Source: Candidatus Omnitrophota bacterium (lineage in GTDB: Bacteria > Omnitrophota > Gorgyraeia > B26-G9). From it: DNA of 36,843 bases. The notes under the pieces are model-generated. The model was not told the origin of the DNA. It saw nothing but the letters and a program-made list of their open reading frames with translations, and ran no database searches. A program made the translations under genes and the position numbers. The stretch covers positions 1 through 36,843 of the forward strand of contig JAKLQT010000244.1 in assembly GCA_022013205.1 (NCBI GenBank), written 5' to 3'. This document shows positions 1-10,031 of the stretch, piece by piece (position 1 is the first letter of the stretch; each line of letters starts with the position of its first letter).

Positions 1-1
1 A

Positions 2-1218
2 GCTTGTATTGTAAATTCTTCAAAAGATATTTATCACAAAAAATTTAGATTTTCAAATCATTCAGAAGGAATAACTTCAATGTTAGCAACCTGTGGCGAG
101 ATAAAACAAAAAGATAATTATAAAGAGCTTGTTTTTGCCCTTGAACCAACCGGCAATTACCACAAGCCATTGGCTAATTATTTATACAATCCGGGTCATA
201 TGGTCTGTTACGTATCTTCTGTCGCGGCTAAAGAAAATAGAAAAACAATTAACGGCCGTTGGCGGAAAAATGATCCTGATGACGCGTATAATATTGCTGA
301 TTTATTGAATCAAGGTAAAATTATGTTTTATGATTTAGAGCATCAAAAACAATTTAAACAATTAAAGCCTTTAATTATTTTACGTAAAAAAACTTCAGAA
401 AAGACTGTGTTCTATAAAAGCTAAAATCAGAAATAATGTTTTCGCGCAATGTTTTCCGGAAATTGATTCTCTATATGAGCAGATTGATAATCCTGAAGTT
501 GTTGAAATATTAAAAAGCTTCCCTGCGGCAGAACAAATAAGAAATACTTCTTTTAAGGAATTCTATGCCAAATTAGCTAAAACCGGACGGATAACGACTC
601 AAAAGAAGCAAAGAATTTATAATGTTTGGCATAAAGCAGCAAATTCGATTGGCTGTTCATTAAACGCAACCATGGAACTAGAATCAAAATTTATACTTCA
701 AGACCTTGAATTAATTAAACAGCAACTCAGGAAAATTGATAGTGAAATAAATTCTATTTGTGGTGCTTCTGAAGATTACAAATTACTTCTTCAAATTCCC
801 GGCTTTGGGCCAATATATACAAGTATATTTTTAGCTGTTGTTAAAGACATTAAGAAATTTAATCATTCAGACCAAATAATAAAGTTGGCTGGACTAGACT
901 TAGAATATAGTCAATCCGGAAAGTATCACAGCAAAAGCCGCATTTCCAAGAAAGGTAACGCGTTATTAAGATATGCCTTATGTGGCGCTGTCAATGGTGC
1001 TCTTAAACATAAAGATTTTAAAATGCTATTTGAAAAACAACTTCAAAGAAAAGGAGATAATAAAGATACTCCCGACTCGACGAATATTAAAAGTAAAATT
1101 AGCGGTAAAAATGATCCGGATTGCCTATGCGGTATTATCAAAAAAAGAACCTTTTGATATCGAGAAGATAAAACTGAATTCGGTGAAGGAGCCTGTTCTT
1201 ATCGAACGTGAGGGCTGA
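2..1218 (+). pseudogene. IS110-family DEDD recombinase/transposase, 5'-partial, with two frameshifts
   Basis: Frame open from base 2. Motifs FALEPTGNYHKPL, KNDPDDAYNIA, IPGFGP, AGLD..QSGK..RISKKGNALLRYAL and C-terminal KLAVKMIRIAYAVL. Frameshift 1 is in the A7 run at 386-392 (continues RKKLQKRLCSIKAKIRNNVFAQCFPE). Frameshift 2 is near 1070-1080. Confidence 0.88.
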
Positions 1219-1440
1219 AATACGACCCTGTGGGGGACAATTAAGGCGCTTCACCGAATTCTTTACAAAGTATAAAGTATACTTTGCGCATAGCTAATCT
1301 ATGACGCCGTATCACAACGATTTCTTGGAAGAATTATTAAACAGTGAAGCTCATTGAATGTTTTATCTTTATGGTAATTCCTTTTGAAGGAAAGACAAAA
1401 TTAAGAAATTTTGTCTAACGGGGAACTCTTTTCTTGACAA
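1176..1440 (+). ncRNA. Candidate IS110/IS1111-type bridge (seek) RNA region
   Basis: Perfect 13-bp inverted repeat 1176-1188/1249-1261 enclosing an inner AGGG/CCCT stem, further stems at ~1330-1380 and 1393-1416. GGGGACA (1233-1239) is complementary to flanking TGTCCCC (1452-1458). Confidence 0.45.
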
Positions 1441-1499
1441 ACTTTATAGTATGTCCCCTATTCACCCAATCAATTAAAGCATTTTAGCAGTTGAAAATT

Positions 1500-1628
1500 T
1501 TATCGGAGAGTTCTTCCCAGAGCTGAACTATTACTAAAATAACAATATTCTTCAGCCCCTCCAAGTGAAGGATGCTCCCCCCACGTAGATGACAAATGAT
1601 CTGGAGCAATACTTACCTCGTATGTGCC
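1500..1628 (-). pseudogene. Orphan fragment paralogous to the catalytic region of the 609-aa protein
   Basis: Translates GTYEVSIAPDHLSSTWGEHPSLGGAEEYCYFSNSSALGRTLR*, which aligns with TYDVCIVPDPNSVTWGNHPDL...IEEYCYYIEKPAMGGS of 2518..4347. No start codon of its own. Confidence 0.75.
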
Positions 1629-1636
1629 AAGATCAT

Positions 1637-2500
1637 TTAATTCCCCAATCCTTCCATTACCATTTTTAATTTCTGTTCCATCTCTTCTTTTTCTCTTTTT
1701 CCTTCAAGCTTGATCAATCTTTTTTCAATCAAATATTTCGCTTTTTCAAATTCTTTAAGTCTAATTCGACAATCTATTAATACCCTCTCTGCTGAATCCA
1801 TGTCTCGATAATTCCCATATTTTAATATTTCTTCCGCTGTTTCAGCAGCTATTTTATAATCGCCATTTTTCTTATAAATTCCCACTAACATCATTAACGC
1901 TTTTTGCTGCGGCCATTGTGTAAACTCCATCGATTTAAAATCTTCATCTGTTTTTAATTCTGATTTTATTCCTTTAAGTATTTCCTTGTCTCCAATTAAC
2001 AGCTTGAGTCGGTGAACAGCTTTATCTTTTTTACCACTTTTAATATAAATCTCCGCGAGTAAAATCATAGCTGATTGTTCTAATGTTATAGGGTAGTTTT
2101 CTATCAACTTAATTGTATTTTTTTGAGTTTCTGAAGAAACCCACCCTCTTGGGGGGGAAAAGAGAACGGGGCCAAGAGGATCTTTAAATTTACCATAATC
2201 ATTTAAAACCCTCATGGCTATTTGCTCTGCTTCAACATAGTTACCTAACCCTTTGTAAATCCAACCTTTCCATAATAAAGCCTCTCCAGACCATTTGGAT
2301 ATAGGTTTTATCGCAATTATTGTATCTAATTTTGACAGCAACTCTTTTTTATCTCCATTAAAGTTGACTGGAAACTGAAGATATTGCTTTTCCTCTAATT
2401 CATCCGCTTCTCTTCCATAAGTTAATAATGGTAATAAACAAAAATTTATCAATAAAATAAAAAATATAACTTTAGCACTTTTAAAAATGAACATTTTCAC
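1637..2500 (-). CDS. Exported/membrane-anchored TPR-repeat protein
   Basis: GTG start with AGGAGA RBS, hydrophobic N-terminus, TPR-like helices (EALLWKGWIYKGLGNYVEAE; AMILLAEIYIKSGKKDKA). Confidence 0.75.
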   Translation of the reverse strand: MKMFIFKSAKVIFFILLINFCLLPLLTYGREADELEEKQYLQFPVNFNGDKKELLSKLDTIIAIKPISKWSGEALLWKGWIYKGLGNYVEAEQIAMRVLNDYGKFKDPLGPVLFSPPRGWVSSETQKNTIKLIENYPITLEQSAMILLAEIYIKSGKKDKAVHRLKLLIGDKEILKGIKSELKTDEDFKSMEFTQWPQQKALMMLVGIYKKNGDYKIAAETAEEILKYGNYRDMDSAERVLIDCRIRLKEFEKAKYLIEKRLIKLEGKREKEEMEQKLKMVMEGLGN

Positions 2501-2517
2501 GTTCTCCTTTCAATAAT

Positions 2518-4347
2518 TCATGGTCTTATCCCGTAAACTCTTGAATTATTTCCAGCAGGATTATCCCAGATGTCCTCTCCAACCCCAGCGGGAAAGCCAT
2601 CTGGCATTTCAAAGATAGATATAGTAAACTTACTTACCACTTGATCTTCGTATGATCCAAATCCTGAAGAATTACTCAAATAATAAGTTGGGTCATAAAC
2701 GGTTCCAGTTCCTTGACCAGTCATAATAAAGGCATGGTCGGAAAAAATCCAGGGGCCAGTCGAGCCGCCCATTGCCGGTTTTTCTATATAATAACAATAT
2801 TCTTCTATCGGATTGCCAGATTCATCTCTTTCTAAATCCGGATGATTTCCCCATGTAACCGAATTAGGATCGGGGACAATACAAACATCATAGGTATTGA
2901 CACCTTGAAATGCTATCGCTTCATGAAGCAAACCAGCCCACTCACCACAAGCACCTTTTTTTTCATCAAGAAAGTAGTTTAAATCTCTATAGAATACAAC
3001 TAACGGAAATAAATATTCGTAACCATTTAATCCCCCACACCCATCAAAACAAGCCTGGATTATTCCCGTAGGGGTTGTAGCATTTGCAGCTTGCACCCAT
3101 TCACACGACCATTTCGCGATTGTTTCGAACATATATGAACATCTTTCGTTATTCCCTATCTGCACATACTCGGCATGCGGCGCGTTTGTAATATATATTT
3201 CATGTTCTGAACTTGCTAAATCTATAATTTGTGAGGTGCATTCTCCGTTTGCGGATTCTATTCCCTTGCCTTTCCAGTCCCAATCAATATTATACACCCC
3301 TGCCTTATCCGGGGGAGTATTTATTGTAAATTCTTGTTCACCTTCTCCATTGGTGAAATATACGGTCACAGGACTTTCTTCGCTGTTTAATCCCCCAAAA
3401 CTCCCTTCCGCCCAAATCTTTGCGCTGGTAATCTCAGCCGGTTCTACGGTAAATTTTGCCTTTACAGAAAATTGTGTGTTTTTTATATACGCTGCAGGTT
3501 CATTCTCTGTTTCACTTCTTCCTTTTACCCATTCAGGAAATTTTAACCGCTGATCGGTGACATGGTCCATCATTCTTATCGCTTGTGAATTGTCGCAGTC
3601 AAATGTAATATTTGATAAACTTATCTCTCCTACGATTATCTCCCCGCTCTCCACAGTATAACTCGCTGTAGCCCCATCCGCAAGAAATTCGCACTTCACC
3701 TTATACACTCCCGGCGTGTCCGCGGAAAAATCGGTAGTCGCGCTATTGGGAGCGGAAAAAGTAACGTTTCCCTGCCCGCTTACTTTCGACCAAGTAAACG
3801 TTCCATTCAATGGATATTGAACATTTAAATAAAAGTCATATATATAGTCAGGGCCTTCTTTAGCTGTAAGCATAATCTCTCCATTAACTGCAAGATAGAC
3901 TGGAAAAGTTTCAGGAACAATGATCTTCACATTAAAAACTGCGACTATTACATAATCACCTGTTCCTCCGTCTACTGAGCCATCACCTGCAGTCCCATTT
4001 ATAATTATCCAGCCATTAGTCATCCATGCGGGAGGAAGAAGTGTGCCTGTCAAGCCACCAATCCCAAACTCCTTGCTATACAAGTGAGGAGTTCCGCTTT
4101 CCAAGAAAATACCGTTCCAGCAATGCATGGCTATCCCTAACCAACCAGTTGATCCTTGATCATCATATACCAGTTCTCCACCCTCTGTATTAATAGCTTC
4201 AAGTTGAATTGTTGATGTTGAGTAGCCATTAGCAGGTATCGCTTCCGGCGTTGCGGTTACATCTACCACTATCCATGCGAAAACTGGATTCACAAATATA
4301 ACAAAAAATAAAATGAGAATAAATATTAAAATAATTTTATTTTTCAT
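2518..4347 (-). CDS. Secreted Ig-like/PKD-like beta-sandwich protein with C-terminal transglutaminase/papain-like domain
   Basis: Signal peptide ending VFA. Invasin/Big-like start VTATPEAIPANGYSTSTI, PKD-like FTWSKVSGQGNVTFSAPNSATT. Putative Cys-His-Asp triad GACGEWA...DHAF...VYDPTY. Confidence 0.65.
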   Translation of the reverse strand: MKNKIILIFILILFFVIFVNPVFAWIVVDVTATPEAIPANGYSTSTIQLEAINTEGGELVYDDQGSTGWLGIAMHCWNGIFLESGTPHLYSKEFGIGGLTGTLLPPAWMTNGWIIINGTAGDGSVDGGTGDYVIVAVFNVKIIVPETFPVYLAVNGEIMLTAKEGPDYIYDFYLNVQYPLNGTFTWSKVSGQGNVTFSAPNSATTDFSADTPGVYKVKCEFLADGATASYTVESGEIIVGEISLSNITFDCDNSQAIRMMDHVTDQRLKFPEWVKGRSETENEPAAYIKNTQFSVKAKFTVEPAEITSAKIWAEGSFGGLNSEESPVTVYFTNGEGEQEFTINTPPDKAGVYNIDWDWKGKGIESANGECTSQIIDLASSEHEIYITNAPHAEYVQIGNNERCSYMFETIAKWSCEWVQAANATTPTGIIQACFDGCGGLNGYEYLFPLVVFYRDLNYFLDEKKGACGEWAGLLHEAIAFQGVNTYDVCIVPDPNSVTWGNHPDLERDESGNPIEEYCYYIEKPAMGGSTGPWIFSDHAFIMTGQGTGTVYDPTYYLSNSSGFGSYEDQVVSKFTISIFEMPDGFPAGVGEDIWDNPAGNNSRVYGIRP

Positions 4348-4996
4348 AGCTTATTTTTTTCAGTCTTTCTTCCGCACGATCTTTCCAGCCCAATTCAGGA
4401 ACCTTTTCAATCATTTCACGATAATGTATAGTCGCGTTTTCCATCTCTCCTTTTTTCTCATAAATTCGACCAATAAAGTAGTTAGCAAAAGCGCTTAACC
4501 CGTCGGGAATAGGATATTCTAAAATTTTCTCATATTCCGCTATTGCTAAATTGTATTTTTTTTCTCTTTCTAGTCTATTCGCTTTTTGACGCAAACACAA
4601 TGCCAATACCGTTGAGGCTCTCTGGTCCTTGGGATATTCCTTCAATGTTTCTTCCGCTTTAATCAGTGCTTCTTTGTAATTACCTGCCTTGTAATTTAAA
4701 CTCGCAATCTCTTCCATTGCCTTCTGTCTATATTTAGGATTGTGTTTTATCCCCTCATATTCCTGAATCATATTGTTAAAAATTACTTTTGCTTTTTCCT
4801 TATCTTCTGCTTCCTCGGATAATAACAGTACCTTTGCCTCAGCAAAATTGCCTGCGGTAAGCTTTGCCTCAATCCTTTCCACCTTTTCCACATATTTATC
4901 ATAATTAAACGGCGGTTTTGCAGCCAGGCTCAATACCTGCCAGGAGATTATCACCACAAACGCCGTGATTATCAGCAGTTTTATGATCAGCTTCAT
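4337..4996 (-). CDS. Secreted TPR-repeat protein
   Basis: Signal peptide ending SLA, TPR motifs (ANYFIGRIYEKKGEMENATIHYREMIEKVP), overlaps the start of the next gene. Confidence 0.8.
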   Translation of the reverse strand: MKLIIKLLIITAFVVIISWQVLSLAAKPPFNYDKYVEKVERIEAKLTAGNFAEAKVLLLSEEAEDKEKAKVIFNNMIQEYEGIKHNPKYRQKAMEEIASLNYKAGNYKEALIKAEETLKEYPKDQRASTVLALCLRQKANRLEREKKYNLAIAEYEKILEYPIPDGLSAFANYFIGRIYEKKGEMENATIHYREMIEKVPELGWKDRAEERLKKISYEK

Positions 4997-5053
4997 TTAA
5001 GCTCCATTCCCAATATTCAAACAAATAAAATATTTACCTTTTCCCATTTTATT

Positions 5054-5145
5054 CCTCTCGCAGAGCCACTGAGTGCACGAAGTTTTTTCAGCAAGCAGCT
5101 TTTTTATTTATTTTCTTCCTCTGCGTTCTTTGCGGCTTTGCGCGA
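5054..5145. repeat. Degenerate ~9-nt-period intergenic repeats (CTCTGCGTT/CTTTGCGGC type); related copy at 6166-6193
   Basis: ctctgcgttctttgcggctttgcgcg at ~5119-5144 and cctccgtgcgctcggtgggctcagtgtg at 6166-6193. Confidence 0.5.
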
Positions 5146-5192
5146 TTATTTTATTGTTTTTTATTCTCACAGAATCCAATATCCAATTTCTT

Positions 5193-6059
5193 TTATTCTA
5201 TTTCCTCCAGCGGGTCGCTCAGATCATCTTCCGTTCCCTCTACCCCGTCCAATCCCGCCCTGCCGTATTTCTGGAATTTTATGAATTGATTTGCCCTGGT
5301 AAGGTTCATGTCCAGGCAGCGGAATGTCCGGCATATCCCGTCCAATGACCTTTCCATAAACTCAACATTATCCAACGGACAAATCTGGTACGCGTTTCGG
5401 AATGACTTTAGCGCCTTAGTTAAATGCTCTTTCTTTACGCTTTCGTCTATATCTTTGACGAATGCCTGTTCAATACGCATCTCTCCGGTATCCAGGTAGG
5501 TTTCCGTTGTTTCCATGCGATAATTCGGATATGTTTCTATGACCTTTTCGTATGCGTTAAGCGCGTTATCATATTGCTGCTGCCGACGGTATGCCCTGGC
5601 AATCATCATCTGCGCCAGTGCCTTCAGGTGGCTGTCCTGGTAGTTATCGATTACCTTCTGATATTCATAGATTGCCGTCTCCGGCTCGTTTAAACGGTAT
5701 AAGTGTATCTGACCGATCTCAAACTGCGCCTTCTGGCATTCCAGCCAGGCTTTGGGATAGTCATTTATAAGTTTTCGGTATTCCTGAAGGGCTCTTTGGT
5801 GGTCGCGGTTGGCGTAATGTTGGCCGGCGATGTAATACTGCGCCTGGGCCTTCTGATTTTTGTTTGCCTGTTTATCGGTAAGGATGCTTTGGAGGTCCTG
5901 TTCTTCGTCCCATCCGCCATACCACCATTGATTCGGGATCTTTTGCTTGATGGTTTCTATCTTCTGCTGCATGAGCACCTCTCCGGCGATAAAGCCGAAG
6001 CTGAAGACGGCCAGGGTAAACACCAATACCCCCATCGCGAAGCGGGACAGAGTTTTCAT
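5193..6059 (-). CDS. Exported TPR-repeat protein (BamD/YfiO-like repeats)
   Basis: N-terminal TM/signal, repeated AQ(Y/F)xI(A/G)xx(Y/H)...A..EY.KVI..YP motifs, C-terminal GLDGVEGTEDDL loop, GGAGG RBS. Confidence 0.8.
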   Translation of the reverse strand: MKTLSRFAMGVLVFTLAVFSFGFIAGEVLMQQKIETIKQKIPNQWWYGGWDEEQDLQSILTDKQANKNQKAQAQYYIAGQHYANRDHQRALQEYRKLINDYPKAWLECQKAQFEIGQIHLYRLNEPETAIYEYQKVIDNYQDSHLKALAQMMIARAYRRQQQYDNALNAYEKVIETYPNYRMETTETYLDTGEMRIEQAFVKDIDESVKKEHLTKALKSFRNAYQICPLDNVEFMERSLDGICRTFRCLDMNLTRANQFIKFQKYGRAGLDGVEGTEDDLSDPLEEIE

Positions 6060-6111
6060 ATCTTCCTCCGTTGTTTTGATTGTCTCGATAAAAGAACCAG
6101 CTATTAAATAG

Positions 6112-6142
6112 ATTTTATCATTTTTTTTTTTTGTTTTGTCAA
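6112..6142 (-). promoter_or_regulatory. Sigma70-type promoter with poly-A12 tract in spacer, upstream of TPR cluster
   Basis: TTGACA (6142-6137), 19-nt spacer containing A12 (6132-6121), then TGA-TAAAAT (extended -10; hexamer 6117-6112). Confidence 0.6.
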
Positions 6143-6263
6143 TGTTTTTTTATACCGAGGATTTTCCTCCGTGCGCTCGGTGGGCTCAGTGTGATAAACA
6201 TTAAACCAACCGCTGTTTCACCGCGTAGGTGGAATTTGGGTCGATTTTTAGAGGGGAAATAGC

Positions 6264-7946
6264 TCATACCAGCAAAACGGCAATCATAAGAACTATCGCC
6301 AATATAAGAATAAACGGCAGATAGATTGCCGCGCTTAAAACCGGGTCATCCCATTTTGCCTTGTAAACAAAGGGATTGAGCAGCACGCTAATCGCTACGG
6401 TTATCAGCCAGAGATTTCCCGTCGTAAAGGTAGAAAAAATCAGAAACGCGCATAATGTTATTTCGAAACAATAGATTATCTTATGTTCCATGGTATCTTT
6501 TTTTTCTTTCACACCGGTTACTAAAAACCGGCTTTTACCGGTAATGATGATCGTTAAAATATTCACAAACGAGGCCATGCTTGAAGACAGGCACAAAAAA
6601 AGAAAACTCCCCATATACCGGGTTACCTTAATCGGGTCTTTAATTATGCTCCACATCAGCGCGCTGAACTGGGCAAAGGCGCTGACAAGCATGATTAGAA
6701 AGAAATCCATTGTCCAGCTGGTATGTATATACATCCCGGATAAGTAAGCGGCAACGACTTCCGCAAGCGGCGCGAATGTGGCTACCAGAGGAATATGCAA
6801 ACCGAAGAATTTTGCCGTTAGCGGCAAGATTATACTGACCAGCAGCAAGAACAATACGAAGACAAACGGCTGCAGTAAGACTCCCGCGGAAATCAATACA
6901 TCGAGCTTTTCAAACCAGGACACTTTATTCGAACAAAGCAGGCCGGGATACCATTTATAGAGGTATTCCGTTGTGCCTTTGAGCCAACGCTCATTTCTAA
7001 TCCGGAAAGATTTATAGTCCTGCGGAAAATCCTCCAGACAGACCACATCGGAAATAAAAATCCCGTAATATCCTTTTTCCCGCAATAACGAAGAAAAAAC
7101 AATGTCTTCGGTAATGGAATGCGGAAATCCACCGGCTTCTTTCCAGGCTTCACTGCGGATAACCGCGCCATGGCCGTAAAACATGAGAAACCCGTATTTA
7201 TCCTTTGCCGGGACATAGTATTTCCAATGCACATCGGTATTCATGCCCAGGTCCTTGGCAAACTCGGAATCCTGTTTGAGATTCCAGCGCTGATTGGCCT
7301 GGACAAAACCAATCTTTTTATCCAAGGCAAAAAAGGGTATGAGTTTTTTAAGAAAATCTTCCGGCAATATTCCGTCCGAATCGGAAACGGCAAAATACTC
7401 ATATCCCGCATGAATCCGTTCCAAGGCGTGATTCAAATTACCCGCCTTAAAATGTTCCCTCTTCTGCCGGCGAATCAGCTTTGCCTGTTTATGCATGGAA
7501 ATAAATTTATCAACCTTAGATTGCCATTCTTTATCCGTACTGTCATCAAGGATATAAACGTCAAAAGCGCTATAATCCTGATTCAGGCAGGAAAGAGCCG
7601 CTTCTTCCTTAAAATCATTCATGGTCAAATAAAGAACCGCGGCACGCGGAGATTGATCAACCGGTATCTGCGGCAGTGCGTTTCGCGGACGGTATATAAA
7701 CGCGGAAAAGAAGGCAATCACCAGGTGATAAATTCCGAAAAGCCAGAAGACATTCACGCAGACAATAAAAGCACCAACAGAAACGCGGCTGATAACAGAG
7801 GTGTTCCGATGCAAATACGTCAAAATCTTCGGGTCAAAATACAATAAACTGATAATCCACAACCCGATGATGATAATAAACATGAGGTTGTCTTTTTCGA
7901 GGGCAGTAAAACCGGCTGATGATTGTTTGTTCTTTGTTAACATCAT
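6264..7946 (-). CDS. GT2 cellulose-synthase-like processive glycosyltransferase
   Basis: DDS, KAGNLN, DSD (DxD), TED and RNERW (QxxRW-like) motifs with N- and C-terminal TM helices. Confidence 0.9.
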   Translation of the reverse strand: MMLTKNKQSSAGFTALEKDNLMFIIIIGLWIISLLYFDPKILTYLHRNTSVISRVSVGAFIVCVNVFWLFGIYHLVIAFFSAFIYRPRNALPQIPVDQSPRAAVLYLTMNDFKEEAALSCLNQDYSAFDVYILDDSTDKEWQSKVDKFISMHKQAKLIRRQKREHFKAGNLNHALERIHAGYEYFAVSDSDGILPEDFLKKLIPFFALDKKIGFVQANQRWNLKQDSEFAKDLGMNTDVHWKYYVPAKDKYGFLMFYGHGAVIRSEAWKEAGGFPHSITEDIVFSSLLREKGYYGIFISDVVCLEDFPQDYKSFRIRNERWLKGTTEYLYKWYPGLLCSNKVSWFEKLDVLISAGVLLQPFVFVLFLLLVSIILPLTAKFFGLHIPLVATFAPLAEVVAAYLSGMYIHTSWTMDFFLIMLVSAFAQFSALMWSIIKDPIKVTRYMGSFLFLCLSSSMASFVNILTIIITGKSRFLVTGVKEKKDTMEHKIIYCFEITLCAFLIFSTFTTGNLWLITVAISVLLNPFVYKAKWDDPVLSAAIYLPFILILAIVLMIAVLLV

Positions 7947-8008
7947 GGATAGTTTGTTAAAAAGGTAATTTTGTATTATAATTTTAACATAAAATAAGGC
8001 GGATTTAT

Positions 8009-8164
8009 ATGAAGAAATTTTTTCTAAAAATTAAAGGTGCGCTGCCTAACACGCTGTTTCTGATGATTTGCGCGTTTTTGATTTCAGCCTATACGTTCTA
8101 TCATCGGCAGATGATTGATTATCACTGGCAGGGGTTACTACGTATTTTCTTTCAATTAAGATGA
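8009..8164 (+). CDS. Small single-TM protein (51 aa), not in ORF track
   Basis: MKKFFLKIKGALPNTLFLMICAFLISAYTFYHRQMIDYHWQGLLRIFFQLR*, AAGGCGGA upstream, ATGA stop/start overlap with 8161 gene. Confidence 0.6.
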   Translation: MKKFFLKIKGALPNTLFLMICAFLISAYTFYHRQMIDYHWQGLLRIFFQLR

Positions 8165-10026
8165 GCTCAATATTATTATCCATTTTATGTTCATTTTTTA
8201 TTTTTGCCGCTTACCTGGTCGTTTGCTCTCCTTTGCAAGAAAAAGACGATATTGTAACCGCCGGTTTTACGCTGGCGGTTTTCCAAATCATAATATCCGA
8301 AATATTGCTCGGCATATTCGGTTTACTTACCCCTTCTCTTGTCCTTTCCGCTAACATGATAATCCCCTGCCTTATTATCCGGCTAAGAAGAAAGCACCTC
8401 AATTTAAAAAAACTGCGGTTAACGGTTCCTCAGCATTATTTTAAAAACACAAATACAATCTTCATCTGTCAAATGATTTTCGTAAGCTACGGGCTTATTA
8501 TCTTTTTCGGGCTCTTGATTCCTCCCTATGCCTGGGACAGCATCTCTTATCACCTGCTTAGCGTATTCACCTGGCTAAAGGCAGGAAAATTAATCATGGT
8601 TCAGCCGTTGTATGATACCTCGTTTTTTCCGATGAACGGAGCGCTTATGATGTTCTGGGTGTATCTCACCAGCCAAAACCTCCATCTTATCAACCTCGTA
8701 CAACTGCCCTTTGCCTTTATGCTCGCTTTCGCGACTTACAGCCTGGCCCGCAAATGCAATATCGCCGGCGCCTCTAAAGTTATTCCTATTGTCCTGTTAA
8801 CACCGGTAATAATGCTGTTATCCTCCGTTGAATATGTAGACATCATCTTTGCCTGTTTCGTAATTATCGGTTTAAATTTTATTATTGGTTACCTGCGCAC
8901 GAAAACACCTGTTTTTATCCCGCTGGCCTGTATTGCCTTAAGTCTCGCCGGCGGCACAAAGCCCGGCGGTTTCTGGCTAATAATCGGGGCTTTATTGTTT
9001 TTATGCTTTCTCAGGACAAAGAAAGCACCTATCAAATACATCTTAAGCGGGCTTATGCTTGTATGTATCAGCGGCGGCTGGTGGTTTATCAGAAATATTA
9101 TCTTGACCGGCAACCCCATATTTCCTTATTCTCTCACCATCTTTGGGATTAAGCTGTTAAAAGGCACTACCGCGCTGGATAAAGTATCTCCATACAGCCA
9201 ATGGTTTGTCGATGCTAAATGGCAATGGATTCTTTATCCCCTTCAGGAAAAAATCCGCGGTAATTTTACTTATTCCATTGAAAACGGATTCGGGATGCAA
9301 TTTGTTTTAGGCTTGGCCGCCTTATGCTACGCCATATATCTATCAATAATAAAAAAAGACAGGCTATCATGTCTTGTTTTCTTGATTTTCCCCGTAACGA
9401 TATGTTTCTGGACTACGGCGGTTACCTGTTCCGTGCCCAGATATATTATATTTTTATGTTCCATAACCGCGATTGCCTTCACCTATGTGTATGATCATCT
9501 GAATAACCGACAGCAAAAAATCATGGACATTATGATAACCTACGCCTTATTTTTTTCTTTTCTGGCCTGTCTGCCCATATTAATTCCACACGAGGCAAAC
9601 GTCTTGAATGCTTATTTTAAAAACCATAAATTATCCGCTTATGAGTATTATAGATGGGAATACGGTTCCATAGCAAAGGCATGGGAATGGCTGGATAAAA
9701 ACATTCCTCCGGGAAGCGTTATTGCTTACAATCATCCGGAGTTGATAACCCCTCTCTACGGAGAGAAACTGCAGAATAATATTATTCATATCGCTCCTTA
9801 TGATTTTCCCAACGCCGGGAAGAACGCGCCAAGAACCTATAGCCGTTGGAAAAAACTATTAGAAAAAAATAATGTTGCATATTTTCTCGCGTATATCCCA
9901 TACTGGAATATTAATACCGGTTATGCGGATTTCTCATGGCCGCAAAAGCACCCGGAGGATTTCGCGGTGTTAAGAAAATGGGATTTTGACACTAAACATC
10001 CGGTCATCATTTATAAGGTACGTTAA
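8161..10026 (+). CDS. Polytopic GT-C (ArnT/PMT-like) glycosyltransferase
   Basis: Many TM helices, first-loop WDSISYHL motif, YVD, GTK, W..RN...TGNP.FP, RY motifs and extracytoplasmic C-terminal domain. Confidence 0.7.
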   Translation: MSSILLSILCSFFIFAAYLVVCSPLQEKDDIVTAGFTLAVFQIIISEILLGIFGLLTPSLVLSANMIIPCLIIRLRRKHLNLKKLRLTVPQHYFKNTNTIFICQMIFVSYGLIIFFGLLIPPYAWDSISYHLLSVFTWLKAGKLIMVQPLYDTSFFPMNGALMMFWVYLTSQNLHLINLVQLPFAFMLAFATYSLARKCNIAGASKVIPIVLLTPVIMLLSSVEYVDIIFACFVIIGLNFIIGYLRTKTPVFIPLACIALSLAGGTKPGGFWLIIGALLFLCFLRTKKAPIKYILSGLMLVCISGGWWFIRNIILTGNPIFPYSLTIFGIKLLKGTTALDKVSPYSQWFVDAKWQWILYPLQEKIRGNFTYSIENGFGMQFVLGLAALCYAIYLSIIKKDRLSCLVFLIFPVTICFWTTAVTCSVPRYIIFLCSITAIAFTYVYDHLNNRQQKIMDIMITYALFFSFLACLPILIPHEANVLNAYFKNHKLSAYEYYRWEYGSIAKAWEWLDKNIPPGSVIAYNHPELITPLYGEKLQNNIIHIAPYDFPNAGKNAPRTYSRWKKLLEKNNVAYFLAYIPYWNINTGYADFSWPQKHPEDFAVLRKWDFDTKHPVIIYKVR

Positions 10027-10031
10027 ACGCC

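Larger units (their letters stand above)
1..1450 (+). mobile_element. IS110-family insertion sequence (left part outside window), with long structured 3' non-coding end
   Basis: Transposase motifs (next feature), ~230 nt hairpin-rich region after the CDS, TTGACA at 1434-1439 close to the inferred right end (~1450). Exact end is inferred. Confidence 0.8.
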
